The position numbers were made by a program, and so were the translations under genes. A DNA stretch of 64,000 nt from Tepidamorphaceae bacterium (lineage in GTDB: Bacteria > Pseudomonadota > Alphaproteobacteria > Rhizobiales > JAKSCL01), in the NCBI GenBank assembly GCA_028289445.1, contig JANQPO010000017.1, forward strand, positions 287,537 to 351,536. The letters are read 5' to 3'. This document shows positions 9,325-18,369 of the stretch, in pieces. The notes under the pieces were generated by a model. The model was not told the DNA's origin and did not search any database. It worked only from the letters and a program-made list of their open reading frames with translations. Numbering within the stretch: the first letter of the stretch is position 1; every line of letters begins with the position of its first letter.

Positions 9325-11232
9325 CTAACCTATCAGGCCACGGGCCTTCAGCGCCGCGGCGATGTCGTCGAGGCTCGAAGGATCGTCGATTGTGGCCGGC
9401 ATTTGCCAGTCTGTTCCGTCGGCGATCTTCTGCATGGTTCCTCGCACCACTTTGCCGGACCGTGTCTTGGGCAGGCTTGGCACCGCTATTGCCGTCTTGA
9501 ATGCGGCGACCGGCCCGATCTTCTCGCGTACCAGCGCCACCAGTTCCCGTTCAACCTCCGCTTCGCTGCGATCGACGCCGGCACTGGTGACAAAGAAGCC
9601 GATGGGTAACTGTCCCTTTAGCGTATCCGCCATGCCGACGACCGCACATTCGGCAATGTCGGCATGGCTCGCTATGACCTCCTCCATGGCGCCCGTTGAT
9701 AGGCGATGGCCGGCAACGTTAATGATATCGTCGGTGCGCGCCATGATGAAGACATAGCCGTCTTCGTCCATGATCCCGGCATCGGATGTCGCATAATAGC
9801 CTGGGAACTCATCCAGGTAGGCTTGGCGAAAGCGCGCCTCGGCATTCCACAATGTGGGGAAGCCGGAAGGCGGCAGCGGCAGCTTGCAGACGATATTGCC
9901 CAGCGTTCCGCGCGGAACCGCGTGACCTGCATCGTCGAGTACGTCGATCTCGTAGCCGGGCATGGGTACACCCGGCGAACCAGGCTTGACAGGCAGCAGC
10001 CCGAGCCCCGCCGGATTGCCTGACATGGGCCAGCCGGTTTCCGTCTGCCACCAGTGATCCACCACCGGCCGATCCAGATTGGCTTGCGCCCACGTGATGG
10101 TTGCCGGATCGGAGCGCTCGCCCGCCAGGAACAGCGTGCGGAAAGCACTCAGATCGTAGTCACCGATCAGCGCGCCGCTCGGATCTTCCTTCTTGATGGC
10201 GCGAAATGCGGTGGGCGCGGTGAAGAGCGCCACCACCTTGTGATCGGCGATGACCCGCCAGAATGCGCCTGCGTCGGGCGTGCCCACCGGCTTGCCTTCG
10301 TAGAGCACCGTGGCGCAGCCATGCAGCAGCGGCGCGTAGCAGATATAGGAATGACCGACGACCCAGCCGACATCGGATGCCGCCCAGAAGGTTTCGCCGG
10401 GGCGGACGTCATAGTGGTGCTCCATGGTCCATTTGAGCGCCACCATGTGCCCGCCATTATCGCGCACGACACCTTTGGGTTGGCCGGTGGTGCCGGAGGT
10501 ATAGAGGATATAGAGCGGATCGGTGGCCAGGACCGGCACGCATTCGGTCGTCGCGCCCGATGCCAGCGCAGCGCCCACCGTCTCGGCATAGTCAATATCG
10601 CGACCTGGCACGAGATCGCATGTCAGCCGGTCGCGTTGCAGGATCAAGCACCCTTCCGGCTTGGCTGACGCCATGGCGATCGCTTCGTCCAGCAGCGGCT
10701 TATAGGCGACCACGCGGCTCGTCTCGATACCGCAGGAGGCCGAGACGATGAATTTCGGCGCGGCATCGTCGATGCGCGTGGCCAGTTCGCGCGCCGCAAA
10801 GCCGCCGAAGACCACCGAGTGGATCGCCCCCAAACGGGCGCAGGCCAGCATGGCGAAAATCGCCTCGGGCACCATGGGCATATAGATGATCACCCGGTCG
10901 CCCTTGCCAACACCCTGTGTCCTGAGCACATGCGCGAGCGCGTTCACCTGTGCCAGAAGGTCGTCATAGGCAAAGGTAGCGACAGTGCCGGTAACCGGGC
11001 TGTCATAGATCAGTGCCGTGCGCGCACCATGGCCCGCTTCCACATGCCGGTCGACGCAGTTGAAGCATGTGTTGCAGGTGGCGCCCGCGAACCAGCGGCC
11101 ATAGGCGCCCATGTCCGGATCGAAGACTTTGCCGACCGGTTGGAACCAGTCGATCGCTTCGGCCGCCTCGTCCCAAAAGGCGGTCGGATCGCGTTTCCAG
11201 CGCGCATAGGTTTCTGGGTAAAGCGAAGTCAT
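9325..11232 (-). CDS. acyl-CoA synthetase of the Acs/PrpE (propionate--CoA ligase-like) family
   Basis: 635 aa. N-terminus ...DPTAFWDEAAEAIDW...; AMP-binding motif YTSGTTGQPKG. Confidence 0.85.
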   Translation of the reverse strand: MTSLYPETYARWKRDPTAFWDEAAEAIDWFQPVGKVFDPDMGAYGRWFAGATCNTCFNCVDRHVEAGHGARTALIYDSPVTGTVATFAYDDLLAQVNALAHVLRTQGVGKGDRVIIYMPMVPEAIFAMLACARLGAIHSVVFGGFAARELATRIDDAAPKFIVSASCGIETSRVVAYKPLLDEAIAMASAKPEGCLILQRDRLTCDLVPGRDIDYAETVGAALASGATTECVPVLATDPLYILYTSGTTGQPKGVVRDNGGHMVALKWTMEHHYDVRPGETFWAASDVGWVVGHSYICYAPLLHGCATVLYEGKPVGTPDAGAFWRVIADHKVVALFTAPTAFRAIKKEDPSGALIGDYDLSAFRTLFLAGERSDPATITWAQANLDRPVVDHWWQTETGWPMSGNPAGLGLLPVKPGSPGVPMPGYEIDVLDDAGHAVPRGTLGNIVCKLPLPPSGFPTLWNAEARFRQAYLDEFPGYYATSDAGIMDEDGYVFIMARTDDIINVAGHRLSTGAMEEVIASHADIAECAVVGMADTLKGQLPIGFFVTSAGVDRSEAEVERELVALVREKIGPVAAFKTAIAVPSLPKTRSGKVVRGTMQKIADGTDWQMPATIDDPSSLDDIAAALKARGLIG

Positions 11233-11239
11233 GACCGCC

Positions 11240-11992
11240 TCAGCAGGTGTAGTTCATGCCGATACGCCCGCCATCCACATAGATGGTCTCGCCAGTGATG
11301 TAGCTGGCCTTCTTGCTGGCCAGGAAGGCCACCACATCTGCTATTTCGCGCGGGGTGCCGACGCGCTTGAGCGGTGTGCGCGACATGACCATTTTCATGG
11401 CGTCCGGGTTGGCGTTGACGCCGGCCATCATCTCCGTGTCGATGGAGCCGGGTCCCACCGCATTCACTCGGATATTGTGTGGTGCGAGCGCCAGTGCCGC
11501 CGCTTTGGTGAGTTGCATGACGCCGCCCTTGGAGGCGCAATAGGCGGGAATGGCGGGGATCGCCACCTGCGCATTGATGGACGACATGTTGACGATGGCG
11601 CCCTCGATCCCGGCGGCGACCATGGTCTGGGCGGCGCGCTGGGTGGCCAGGAACACGCCGCGCAGATTGATGTCTAGAACCCGCTCGAAGGCCGTCAGAT
11701 CATAGCTGAGGAAATCGCCCGGCATGGCGACCCCCGCATTGTTGACGAGAACTTCGACGGGGCCATGTTCGGTTTCGATTGCATCGAACATGGTGTTGAT
11801 CTGATCGACATCGCCCATGTCGCAGATCATGCCCACGGCGCCGCCGCCCAGCTTTTCGGCCGCCGCTTTCACGCCGTCCGAATTGATGTCGGCGAGGATC
11901 AGCCGGGCGCCGTCTTCGGCCAGCGCTTCAGCACAAGCATAGCCGATCCCCTGCGCGGCGCCCGTCACCAGCGCCAATGGTGTGTCCGTCAT
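11240..11992 (-). CDS. short-chain dehydrogenase/reductase (SDR)
   Basis: TGAAQGIG and YCASK motifs; 250 aa. Confidence 0.88.
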   Translation of the reverse strand: MTDTPLALVTGAAQGIGYACAEALAEDGARLILADINSDGVKAAAEKLGGGAVGMICDMGDVDQINTMFDAIETEHGPVEVLVNNAGVAMPGDFLSYDLTAFERVLDINLRGVFLATQRAAQTMVAAGIEGAIVNMSSINAQVAIPAIPAYCASKGGVMQLTKAAALALAPHNIRVNAVGPGSIDTEMMAGVNANPDAMKMVMSRTPLKRVGTPREIADVVAFLASKKASYITGETIYVDGGRIGMNYTC

Positions 11993-12005
11993 CTGCGTCT
12001 TCCCC

Positions 12006-13652
12006 CTAGGTCTCGTATCCGTAATCGGCCTTCGCCTGTTCCGGCGTGATCATACCGGCCTCCAGGTCGGTGGCGACCTTTGCTCTGTCACGCTGTGTCG
12101 GATCGCCATAACCGCCGCCGCCCGGCAGGCTGAGCCGCAAGCGCTGACCATTGCGAACCAATTGCCGGCCCTTGGACTTCAGAGGCGTTCCATCGGTCAG
12201 CTCGACGCGGCCGGCGCCACCCGGGCCACCGCCATCACGCCCGCGTGCAGGGTTCTCGACCCGGTCGAACATGGCGTTGAACCACAGATCATAGCCTTGG
12301 CGCGGCTCGATCTCGATCGTTTGCCCAAGCCCGCCGCGCAAGGCACCGACCCCGCCGGAGCCTTCGCGCAGATCCTTGCGCCACACGGTGATGGGGCCGA
12401 CATGCTCGGTCGCTTCGACGCTCATCGTCGAGACGCCCGACGGGAAGGCCGTTGCCGACAGGCCGTCGGCAGTGGCGCGCGCGCCGGTGCCGCCGGAGTT
12501 GAACATGAGCACCTCGCGGTTTGGCAAAGCGCTCGCCGGATCGCTCGGGCGCGCCGATATCTGGATGTTCCAGAGCGCGCTCGCGCCTTCCGCCGGCACC
12601 GTGTCCGGCATCGCCTTATGCAAGGCGCCAAGCACCACGTCGGGCACCAGATGGCCGAGCACATGGCGCACCGAAACCGGCGCGGGGCGCTTGGCCGCGA
12701 GGATCGAGCCTTCCGGCGCGGTGATCTCGAAGGGCTCCAACGAGCCCGTATTGTTCGGCACCTGCGGGGCGATGGCGCATTTCAGGCCGTAGCAAGCGTA
12801 AGCTCGCGTATAGACTTCTGGGACATTGACGCCGAAGCGGCTCATGCCCGACGTGCCGGCGAAGTCGGCGGTCAGCCGATCGCCATTGACGGTGAGAGTT
12901 ACGGCCATTGTGACGGGTGCGTCATAGCCGTCGACCTCCATCGTGTTGCGATAGGTGCCGGCGGGAACCGCGGCGATGGCCGTATGCGTCGCCTTGCGGC
13001 TCGTCTCGACGATGAAATCCGACAAGCCATCCAGATCATCGATGCCGAACTCGTCCAGCATCGCTTGCAAGCGACGATCTCCGATCTCGTTGCAGGCGGC
13101 CAGCGAATACATGTCGCCGACCACCTGATCGGGCTCGCGCACATTGGCGCGCACGATGCGCAGCAGCACCTCATCGACCGCACCGCGCTCGGCGAACTTC
13201 ATGATCGGAATCAGCAGTCCTTCCTCATAAACCTCGTTGCCATCCGGCCCAAAGCCGCGCCCGCCGATATCGACCACATGCGCCGTGCAGGCGAAAAAGC
13301 CGATATGCAGCCCGCCCCGAAAGATAGGCGTGACCACGGTGAAATCGTGCAGATGGCCGGTGCCCAGCCAGGGATCGTTGGTGATGAAGACATCGCCCTC
13401 GAAGATGTTCTGTGCGCCGATCTCTCGAGCGAAATGGGTGACGCTTTCGGCCATCGCGTTGACGTGGCCGGGCGTGCCGGTGACGGCTTGCGCCATCATC
13501 CGGCCCTTGCGGTCGAACAAGCCGGCGGAAAGGTCGCCCGCTTCGCGCACGGAGGTGGAGAAGGCGGTGCGGATCAGCGTCATCGCTTGCTCCTCGACCA
13601 CCGCGATGAGCCGGTTCCACATGATCTGATAGTCGATGGAGGAGGGCGCCAT
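12006..13652 (-). CDS. hydantoinase B/oxoprolinase family protein (HyuB-type subunit), set 1
   Basis: 548 aa with a typical N-terminus (DYQIMWNRLIAVVEEQAMTLIRTAFS), immediately downstream of a HyuA-type gene. Confidence 0.88.
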   Translation of the reverse strand: MAPSSIDYQIMWNRLIAVVEEQAMTLIRTAFSTSVREAGDLSAGLFDRKGRMMAQAVTGTPGHVNAMAESVTHFAREIGAQNIFEGDVFITNDPWLGTGHLHDFTVVTPIFRGGLHIGFFACTAHVVDIGGRGFGPDGNEVYEEGLLIPIMKFAERGAVDEVLLRIVRANVREPDQVVGDMYSLAACNEIGDRRLQAMLDEFGIDDLDGLSDFIVETSRKATHTAIAAVPAGTYRNTMEVDGYDAPVTMAVTLTVNGDRLTADFAGTSGMSRFGVNVPEVYTRAYACYGLKCAIAPQVPNNTGSLEPFEITAPEGSILAAKRPAPVSVRHVLGHLVPDVVLGALHKAMPDTVPAEGASALWNIQISARPSDPASALPNREVLMFNSGGTGARATADGLSATAFPSGVSTMSVEATEHVGPITVWRKDLREGSGGVGALRGGLGQTIEIEPRQGYDLWFNAMFDRVENPARGRDGGGPGGAGRVELTDGTPLKSKGRQLVRNGQRLRLSLPGGGGYGDPTQRDRAKVATDLEAGMITPEQAKADYGYET

Positions 13653-13655
13653 CGC

Positions 13656-15737
13656 TCAGCTCTCCTTACGCGTCAGCAACAGGCTGCCGTCGCGTTGACC
13701 GATGGCGCGAAACGCCGATGTGACGATGGTCGAAGTTTCATCCTCAACGATCACCGCCGGCCCTTCGACGGTGACGCCCGGCTTCATTGCCACGCGCTCA
13801 ACCGCCCGCGCCTCAACGGTCTTGCGCTGCGCGGTATCGTAGAAACAGCGCTTGGGCCATGGAGGCTCCGTGTCGGCCTCCGATGGTCGGCCGACGTCTG
13901 CCACCGGCGGCAATACCGAGCCAACCACGAGCGACCAATTGGTGATCTCGATGGATAGACCGTCAATGGTGCGACCAAACAGGGTCCCATAAGCGGTCTC
14001 GAACGCTTGCGTGATCGGCCCGACATCGGCGGCGGTGAAGCGCCGGTGCTCCAGCGGCACCGGGATTTCCCAGCCCTGGCCGGAATAGCGCATGAAAGCG
14101 GTCAACCGCGTAACCGTTTTGGCATCGCTTGCCCCCGCTTTCACGAAGGCGGTTGCCTCGCGTTCAAGCTGTGTCAAGGCGGCGTTTACGGCATCGCTAT
14201 CGAATGCATCGAGTCGCTGAAATAGCCCCTTCGTCGCCTCATAACTAAACGGCGCTTTCAGGAACCCGATGGCCGAGCCGACACCGGCGCCAGGCGGAAC
14301 GAGCAGCGCGTCAATGCCCAGTTTCTCGCACAGCCGGCACGCATGCAGCGGCGCGCCGCCGCCGAATGCAATCATGGTGAAATGCTCGATGTCGCGGCCG
14401 TTCTCCACCGTGTGGACACGCGCGGCGTTGGCCATGTTCTCGTCAACCATCTCCGTGACGCCGAAGGCAGCATCCTGAGCCGGCAGGCTGAGCGGCGCGG
14501 CGAGTCGATCGTCGATGGCAACCGCGGCCTTGGCACTCGAAAGTGGGATGGCGCCGCCGGCAAAGTTGTCGGGATCCAACCGCCCCAGAAGCAGGTTGGC
14601 GTCGGTGACCGTCGGTTCCTCGCCGCCGCGCTGATAACACGCCGGTCCCGGCTCGGAGCCGGCCGAGCGCGGCCCCACCTGAATGCGGCCCATGGTATCC
14701 ATGGACGCGATGGAGCCACCGCCCGCGCCGATCTCCACCATCTCGACGACCGGCGTCGAGACCACCATGCCCGAACCCTTCTTGAACCGATAGGTCCGGG
14801 CCACTTCGAATGTGTTGGCGGTTTTCGGTTCGCCGTCCTCGATGAGGCATATCTTGGCGGTTGTGCCGCCCATGTCGAAGGACAGAACCTTGTCGAGCGT
14901 GTGCGCGCGGGCGAAACCGGCCGCGAAGATCGCGCCACCGGCCGGCCCGGACTCCAGCAGGCGCACCGGCTGCTCCGCCGCTGTTTCCACTGAGATCAGC
15001 CCACCCCCTGAATGCAGCATAAAGACTGGGGCACCAATGCCCGCCTCGCGTAGTTTTGCCACGAGTCGGCCCAGATAGGCGGCCACCTGCGGTCGCACAT
15101 AAGCGTTGGCGATGACGGTGTTGAAGCGCGGCAGTTCGCGCATCTGCGGTGAGATGACCGATGACAGCGAGATCGACAGATCAGGTGAGTGCTTGCGCAG
15201 CGCCGCTTCCATCATCCGCTCGTGGCCGTCATTGGCGTAGGCATGCAGGAAACCAACGGCCACGGCCTCAAAGCCCTCGGCCACAATGCGCCGGGCCAGA
15301 GCGTCTGCTTCCTCCGGATCGAGCGGCAGAAGGACTGCACCATCATGGCCGACGCGCTCGTGCAAGGTGAACCGGTCTTTGCGAGGAACCAATGGCTCAG
15401 GCAGCAGCAGATTGAGATCGTATTGCTCGAAGCGGTTTTCCGAACGCATCTCGATGACGTCGCGAAAGCCCTCGGTTGTGACAAAGGCGGTTTTCGCGCC
15501 GCGCCGTTCGATGAGCGCATTGGTGACCAGCGTCGTGCCGTGAATGACCTGACCGATGTCCTTAACGGTGACATTTGCGGTAGCAGCTGCCCTGGCAATG
15601 CCATCCAGGATCGCCCGCTCCGGCTCGGCGTAGTCGGTCAGCACCTTGGCCGTCGAAACCCTGCCGTCGCGCTCAAGCGCCACATCGGTGAAGGTGCCGC
15701 CAATATCGACGCCGACCCGCAGCGAACCGTCGACCAT
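13656..15737 (-). CDS. hydantoinase/oxoprolinase family protein (HyuA-type, ATP-binding subunit), set 1
   Basis: 693 aa. ASKHA-type phosphate-1 motif GVDIGGTFTD at the N-terminus and a second DMGGTT motif. Confidence 0.88.
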   Translation of the reverse strand: MVDGSLRVGVDIGGTFTDVALERDGRVSTAKVLTDYAEPERAILDGIARAAATANVTVKDIGQVIHGTTLVTNALIERRGAKTAFVTTEGFRDVIEMRSENRFEQYDLNLLLPEPLVPRKDRFTLHERVGHDGAVLLPLDPEEADALARRIVAEGFEAVAVGFLHAYANDGHERMMEAALRKHSPDLSISLSSVISPQMRELPRFNTVIANAYVRPQVAAYLGRLVAKLREAGIGAPVFMLHSGGGLISVETAAEQPVRLLESGPAGGAIFAAGFARAHTLDKVLSFDMGGTTAKICLIEDGEPKTANTFEVARTYRFKKGSGMVVSTPVVEMVEIGAGGGSIASMDTMGRIQVGPRSAGSEPGPACYQRGGEEPTVTDANLLLGRLDPDNFAGGAIPLSSAKAAVAIDDRLAAPLSLPAQDAAFGVTEMVDENMANAARVHTVENGRDIEHFTMIAFGGGAPLHACRLCEKLGIDALLVPPGAGVGSAIGFLKAPFSYEATKGLFQRLDAFDSDAVNAALTQLEREATAFVKAGASDAKTVTRLTAFMRYSGQGWEIPVPLEHRRFTAADVGPITQAFETAYGTLFGRTIDGLSIEITNWSLVVGSVLPPVADVGRPSEADTEPPWPKRCFYDTAQRKTVEARAVERVAMKPGVTVEGPAVIVEDETSTIVTSAFRAIGQRDGSLLLTRKES

Positions 15738-15741
15738 CGCC

Positions 15742-17046
15742 TCAAACGCTCTTGATCATCTGATTGACGGTGAAGGCTATTTGATAGAAGCGCGACATGA
15801 GGGCGCCATTCGGGACAGTGCTAGTACCGCTCATCGGCAGCGGTAGCGTGTCCGCCCCCTCGCCGGTCAACAGGCCGGCCATGGCGCGGCCGAAGATGGT
15901 GCCGGTCGTGATCCCGCGACCGTTATAGCCGATTGGGGTGTAGAGATTATCGGCCAGTTGATGGATTCGCGGCAGATGGTCCGGAGTCATGGCAATGCGT
16001 CCGTGCCAGGCGTCCTCGAACTCGACCGGCCCCAGCGACGGAAAGATGCGGGCGATCTGTTTCTTTGCCCAGCGGTGCGACAGGCCCTTGTTGAAACTTC
16101 CGACGACGGTGCCCATCGAGCCGATGATCAGTCGGTCATTGGCATCGCGGCGCAAGCTGAACATGATCCTGCCCGTGTCCCAGAGCCCCTGTCGCTCCGG
16201 CAGAATATACGCCGCGTCCGGCCCCAGCGGCTTTGTCGCAAGCTGGAAGAAATGAATCAGCGTGAAGCTGCGGTTCAGATCCGGCCATAGCTCATCGGTA
16301 TAGGCATTGGTGCCCAGAACCACCGCCTTTGCCGAAAGCTCGCCGCGATCGGTCGAAACGCGCCACAAATCGCCGTCTCGCTCGAGCTTCGTGACCTTTA
16401 CGCCGGTGCTGATCTCCGCGCCGGCGCCCTGCGCGGCGCGCGCAAGTCCACGGCAATAGCCCATCGGGTTGATCGTGCCGGCGCGATGATCCAGCAAACC
16501 GCCGTGAAAAGAATCCGATCCGATCAGCTTGCTCACTTCTGCGCGTGAGAGGAGATCTACGGGCTCGCCAAGCCGGTCCCATTCCGCTTTCCGGCCCTTC
16601 AGTTCCTCGAACCCGGCAGGCCCATGAGCGGCATGGATGGTGCCGGTGCGGGTGGCTTCGCACCGGATCTGATGCTGCTCGATAAGCGAGAACACATATT
16701 CGGGCGCTCGGCTGAACTCGCTGACAAAGCGGCTGCCATGGTCATCGCCCAGTACCTTGCGAACCTCCTGCGGCGGTAGCCAAGCGGCGGCATTGACAAG
16801 ACCCACATTGCGCCCCGATCCGCCAAAACCAATCTGCTCGGCCTCAAGCACATGAGCCGAAAGCCCCTTTTGTCCGCAATGGAGCGCGGTCGACAGGCCT
16901 GTGTAGCCGCCACCGACAATAGCGACATCCACCATCCCGGTGGCAGCGAAGTCGTGCTGAACGTCGCTCTCCTGTGATGAAAGGTCCCACAACGAGATCG
17001 CTTCTTGTCGCGTCATGTGGCTTGGACTCCTGTTTCGCATCGGCAT
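15742..17046 (-). CDS. FAD-dependent oxidoreductase, DAO family (PuuB/OrdL-like amine oxidoreductase)
   Basis: DVAIVGGGYTGLSTAL Rossmann motif. The ORF extends to 17262, but that part overlaps the divergent rhodanese gene and has junk composition. The real start is ATG 17046 (MPMRN...) or 17016 (MTRQEA...). Confidence 0.82.
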   Translation of the reverse strand: MPMRNRSPSHMTRQEAISLWDLSSQESDVQHDFAATGMVDVAIVGGGYTGLSTALHCGQKGLSAHVLEAEQIGFGGSGRNVGLVNAAAWLPPQEVRKVLGDDHGSRFVSEFSRAPEYVFSLIEQHQIRCEATRTGTIHAAHGPAGFEELKGRKAEWDRLGEPVDLLSRAEVSKLIGSDSFHGGLLDHRAGTINPMGYCRGLARAAQGAGAEISTGVKVTKLERDGDLWRVSTDRGELSAKAVVLGTNAYTDELWPDLNRSFTLIHFFQLATKPLGPDAAYILPERQGLWDTGRIMFSLRRDANDRLIIGSMGTVVGSFNKGLSHRWAKKQIARIFPSLGPVEFEDAWHGRIAMTPDHLPRIHQLADNLYTPIGYNGRGITTGTIFGRAMAGLLTGEGADTLPLPMSGTSTVPNGALMSRFYQIAFTVNQMIKSV

Positions 17047-17131
17047 TTCGATGCGCCAGCAACTGTTGCCTTGAGGTGCTGCTTGTGTCAACATTTGAAA
17101 TACATGTTTCATATAACAGAACGAATGATCT

Positions 17132-17533
17132 ATGCCGAAATTGAAGACGACAGCCGCAGCCATGGTCGAACGCGCGCGCGCGCGCATCGAAGAGGTCGAG
17201 ACCAAAGACCTGATTGAGAGGCTGGATGACCCCGATCTGGTTGTTGTCGACATTCGTGACATCCGGGAGCGCCAGCGCTCTGGCTTTATCCCAGGCAGCT
17301 TTCATGCGCCGCGCGGGATGATCGAATTCTGGGTCGACCCGGACAGTCCCTATTTCAAGGAGATCTTCGGCCAGGACAAGACGTTCGTCTTTCACTGCGC
17401 CTCGGGTTGGCGGTCGGCGCTCACCGTCGCGACGCTCAACGATATGGGCTTCGAGGCGGCGCATTTGCGCGAAGGTTTTTCGACCTGGGCCGAACAGGGC
17501 GGGCCGGTGGCGTTTCCCGAAAAGAAGGGCTGA
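17132..17533 (+). CDS. single-domain rhodanese-like sulfurtransferase
   Basis: 133 aa with the active-site loop CASGWR (CX4R). Confidence 0.85.
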   Translation: MPKLKTTAAAMVERARARIEEVETKDLIERLDDPDLVVVDIRDIRERQRSGFIPGSFHAPRGMIEFWVDPDSPYFKEIFGQDKTFVFHCASGWRSALTVATLNDMGFEAAHLREGFSTWAEQGGPVAFPEKKG

Positions 17534-17544
17534 CAGGCAGAGAC

Positions 17545-18369
17545 CTATCGTAGCAGCTTCAGCCGTTGCGAGACGCTTTGGGCTGCATCGGCAACAAGCC
17601 CGCCAAGGCGCTCCTCGGTCCCTTCGGTCAGTTTGCGAGCGGGGATAGAGATACCGATTGCCGCGATGGCCTCGCCCGCCGGCAGGGTGAGCGCAGCGCC
17701 GAAACTCAATCCGCGGTCCCGAAATTCACCGGTGTCGAAGGCGTAGCCGCGCTTGCGGGTTAGAGCCATGTCTGCGTCGAGGGCCTCGATGTCCGTGATC
17801 GTCCGATCGGTAAAGCGCACCAGGCTGTGCTTCACCGTATCGCGCAGCGTCTCGTAGTTGGCCGCCAAAATGGCCTTGCCAGTCCCGACGCAGTGGATCG
17901 GTGCACTCCCGCCAATTGGGTTCCAGGATCGGATGGGGTCGTCGCTGTCGATCTTGTCGATATAGACGATCTGCAGATGCTCAGGCACAGCCAGATAGAT
18001 CACTTCACCCGTTTCGGCTGCCAGTTGCTGCATCGCGGGTCGGGCGACCTCGCGCAGATTGAGATTTTCGACGCTCGCCCGTCCGATCTGCCAGGTCTTC
18101 AATGTGGCCGAATAGGATTTGTCTTGATTGTTTTTCGCATAGCCAAGCGCACATAGCGTCTGCAGAAGGCGAAACGTGTTCGACTTGGTCAGGCCGAGTT
18201 GCTTGGATAGCTCCGTGACCCCTTTCCCGCCGCGATGGGCGGTCAGAGTTTCCAGAATCATCAACCCCTTTGAAAGGGTAGAATCCAGTTTCGGGGTGTC
18301 CGTCTTTCGCCCCTGTGCACTCTCGACCAAACAATCCCCTCCCGATTCATCGATCCTGTCTTGCCACAA
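17545..18369 (-). CDS. IclR-family transcriptional regulator
   Basis: wHTH ...LSKGLMILETL...VTELSKQLGLTKSNTFRLLQTL... followed by an effector domain. The start is uncertain; ATG 18369 overlaps the upstream gene end by 23 nt. Confidence 0.85.
   Translation of the reverse strand: MWQDRIDESGGDCLVESAQGRKTDTPKLDSTLSKGLMILETLTAHRGGKGVTELSKQLGLTKSNTFRLLQTLCALGYAKNNQDKSYSATLKTWQIGRASVENLNLREVARPAMQQLAAETGEVIYLAVPEHLQIVYIDKIDSDDPIRSWNPIGGSAPIHCVGTGKAILAANYETLRDTVKHSLVRFTDRTITDIEALDADMALTRKRGYAFDTGEFRDRGLSFGAALTLPAGEAIAAIGISIPARKLTEGTEERLGGLVADAAQSVSQRLKLLR

Noticed and set aside
11982-13958. 658-aa plus-strand ORF, one of the longest in the track, which could be taken for a large novel protein.
   Set aside because: It runs antisense across the whole HyuB gene and into HyuA. 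Its composition is Arg/Ala/Gly/His-rich junk with no motif, whereas the minus-strand genes have clear family motifs and operon coupling. This is a typical GC-driven shadow ORF. The same applies to 47004..48083(-), 22606..23538(-), 32739..33842(-), 38699..39469(-), 4577..5434(-), 51209..51850(-) and similar.
15742-17262. Long 5' extensions in the ORF track: 15742..17262, 20674.., 24937..26280, 28883.., 33410..34528, 36036.., 38489.., 45296.., 48107.., 52162.., 57409..57930 and 57846..59891.
   Set aside because: The extensions either overlap the preceding well-supported gene or run into AT-rich spacers with non-protein-like sequence. Internal starts give canonical N-termini, signal peptides, Shine-Dalgarno sites or ATGA/GTGA coupling. 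I therefore trimmed them and did not call fusions or novel N-terminal domains.
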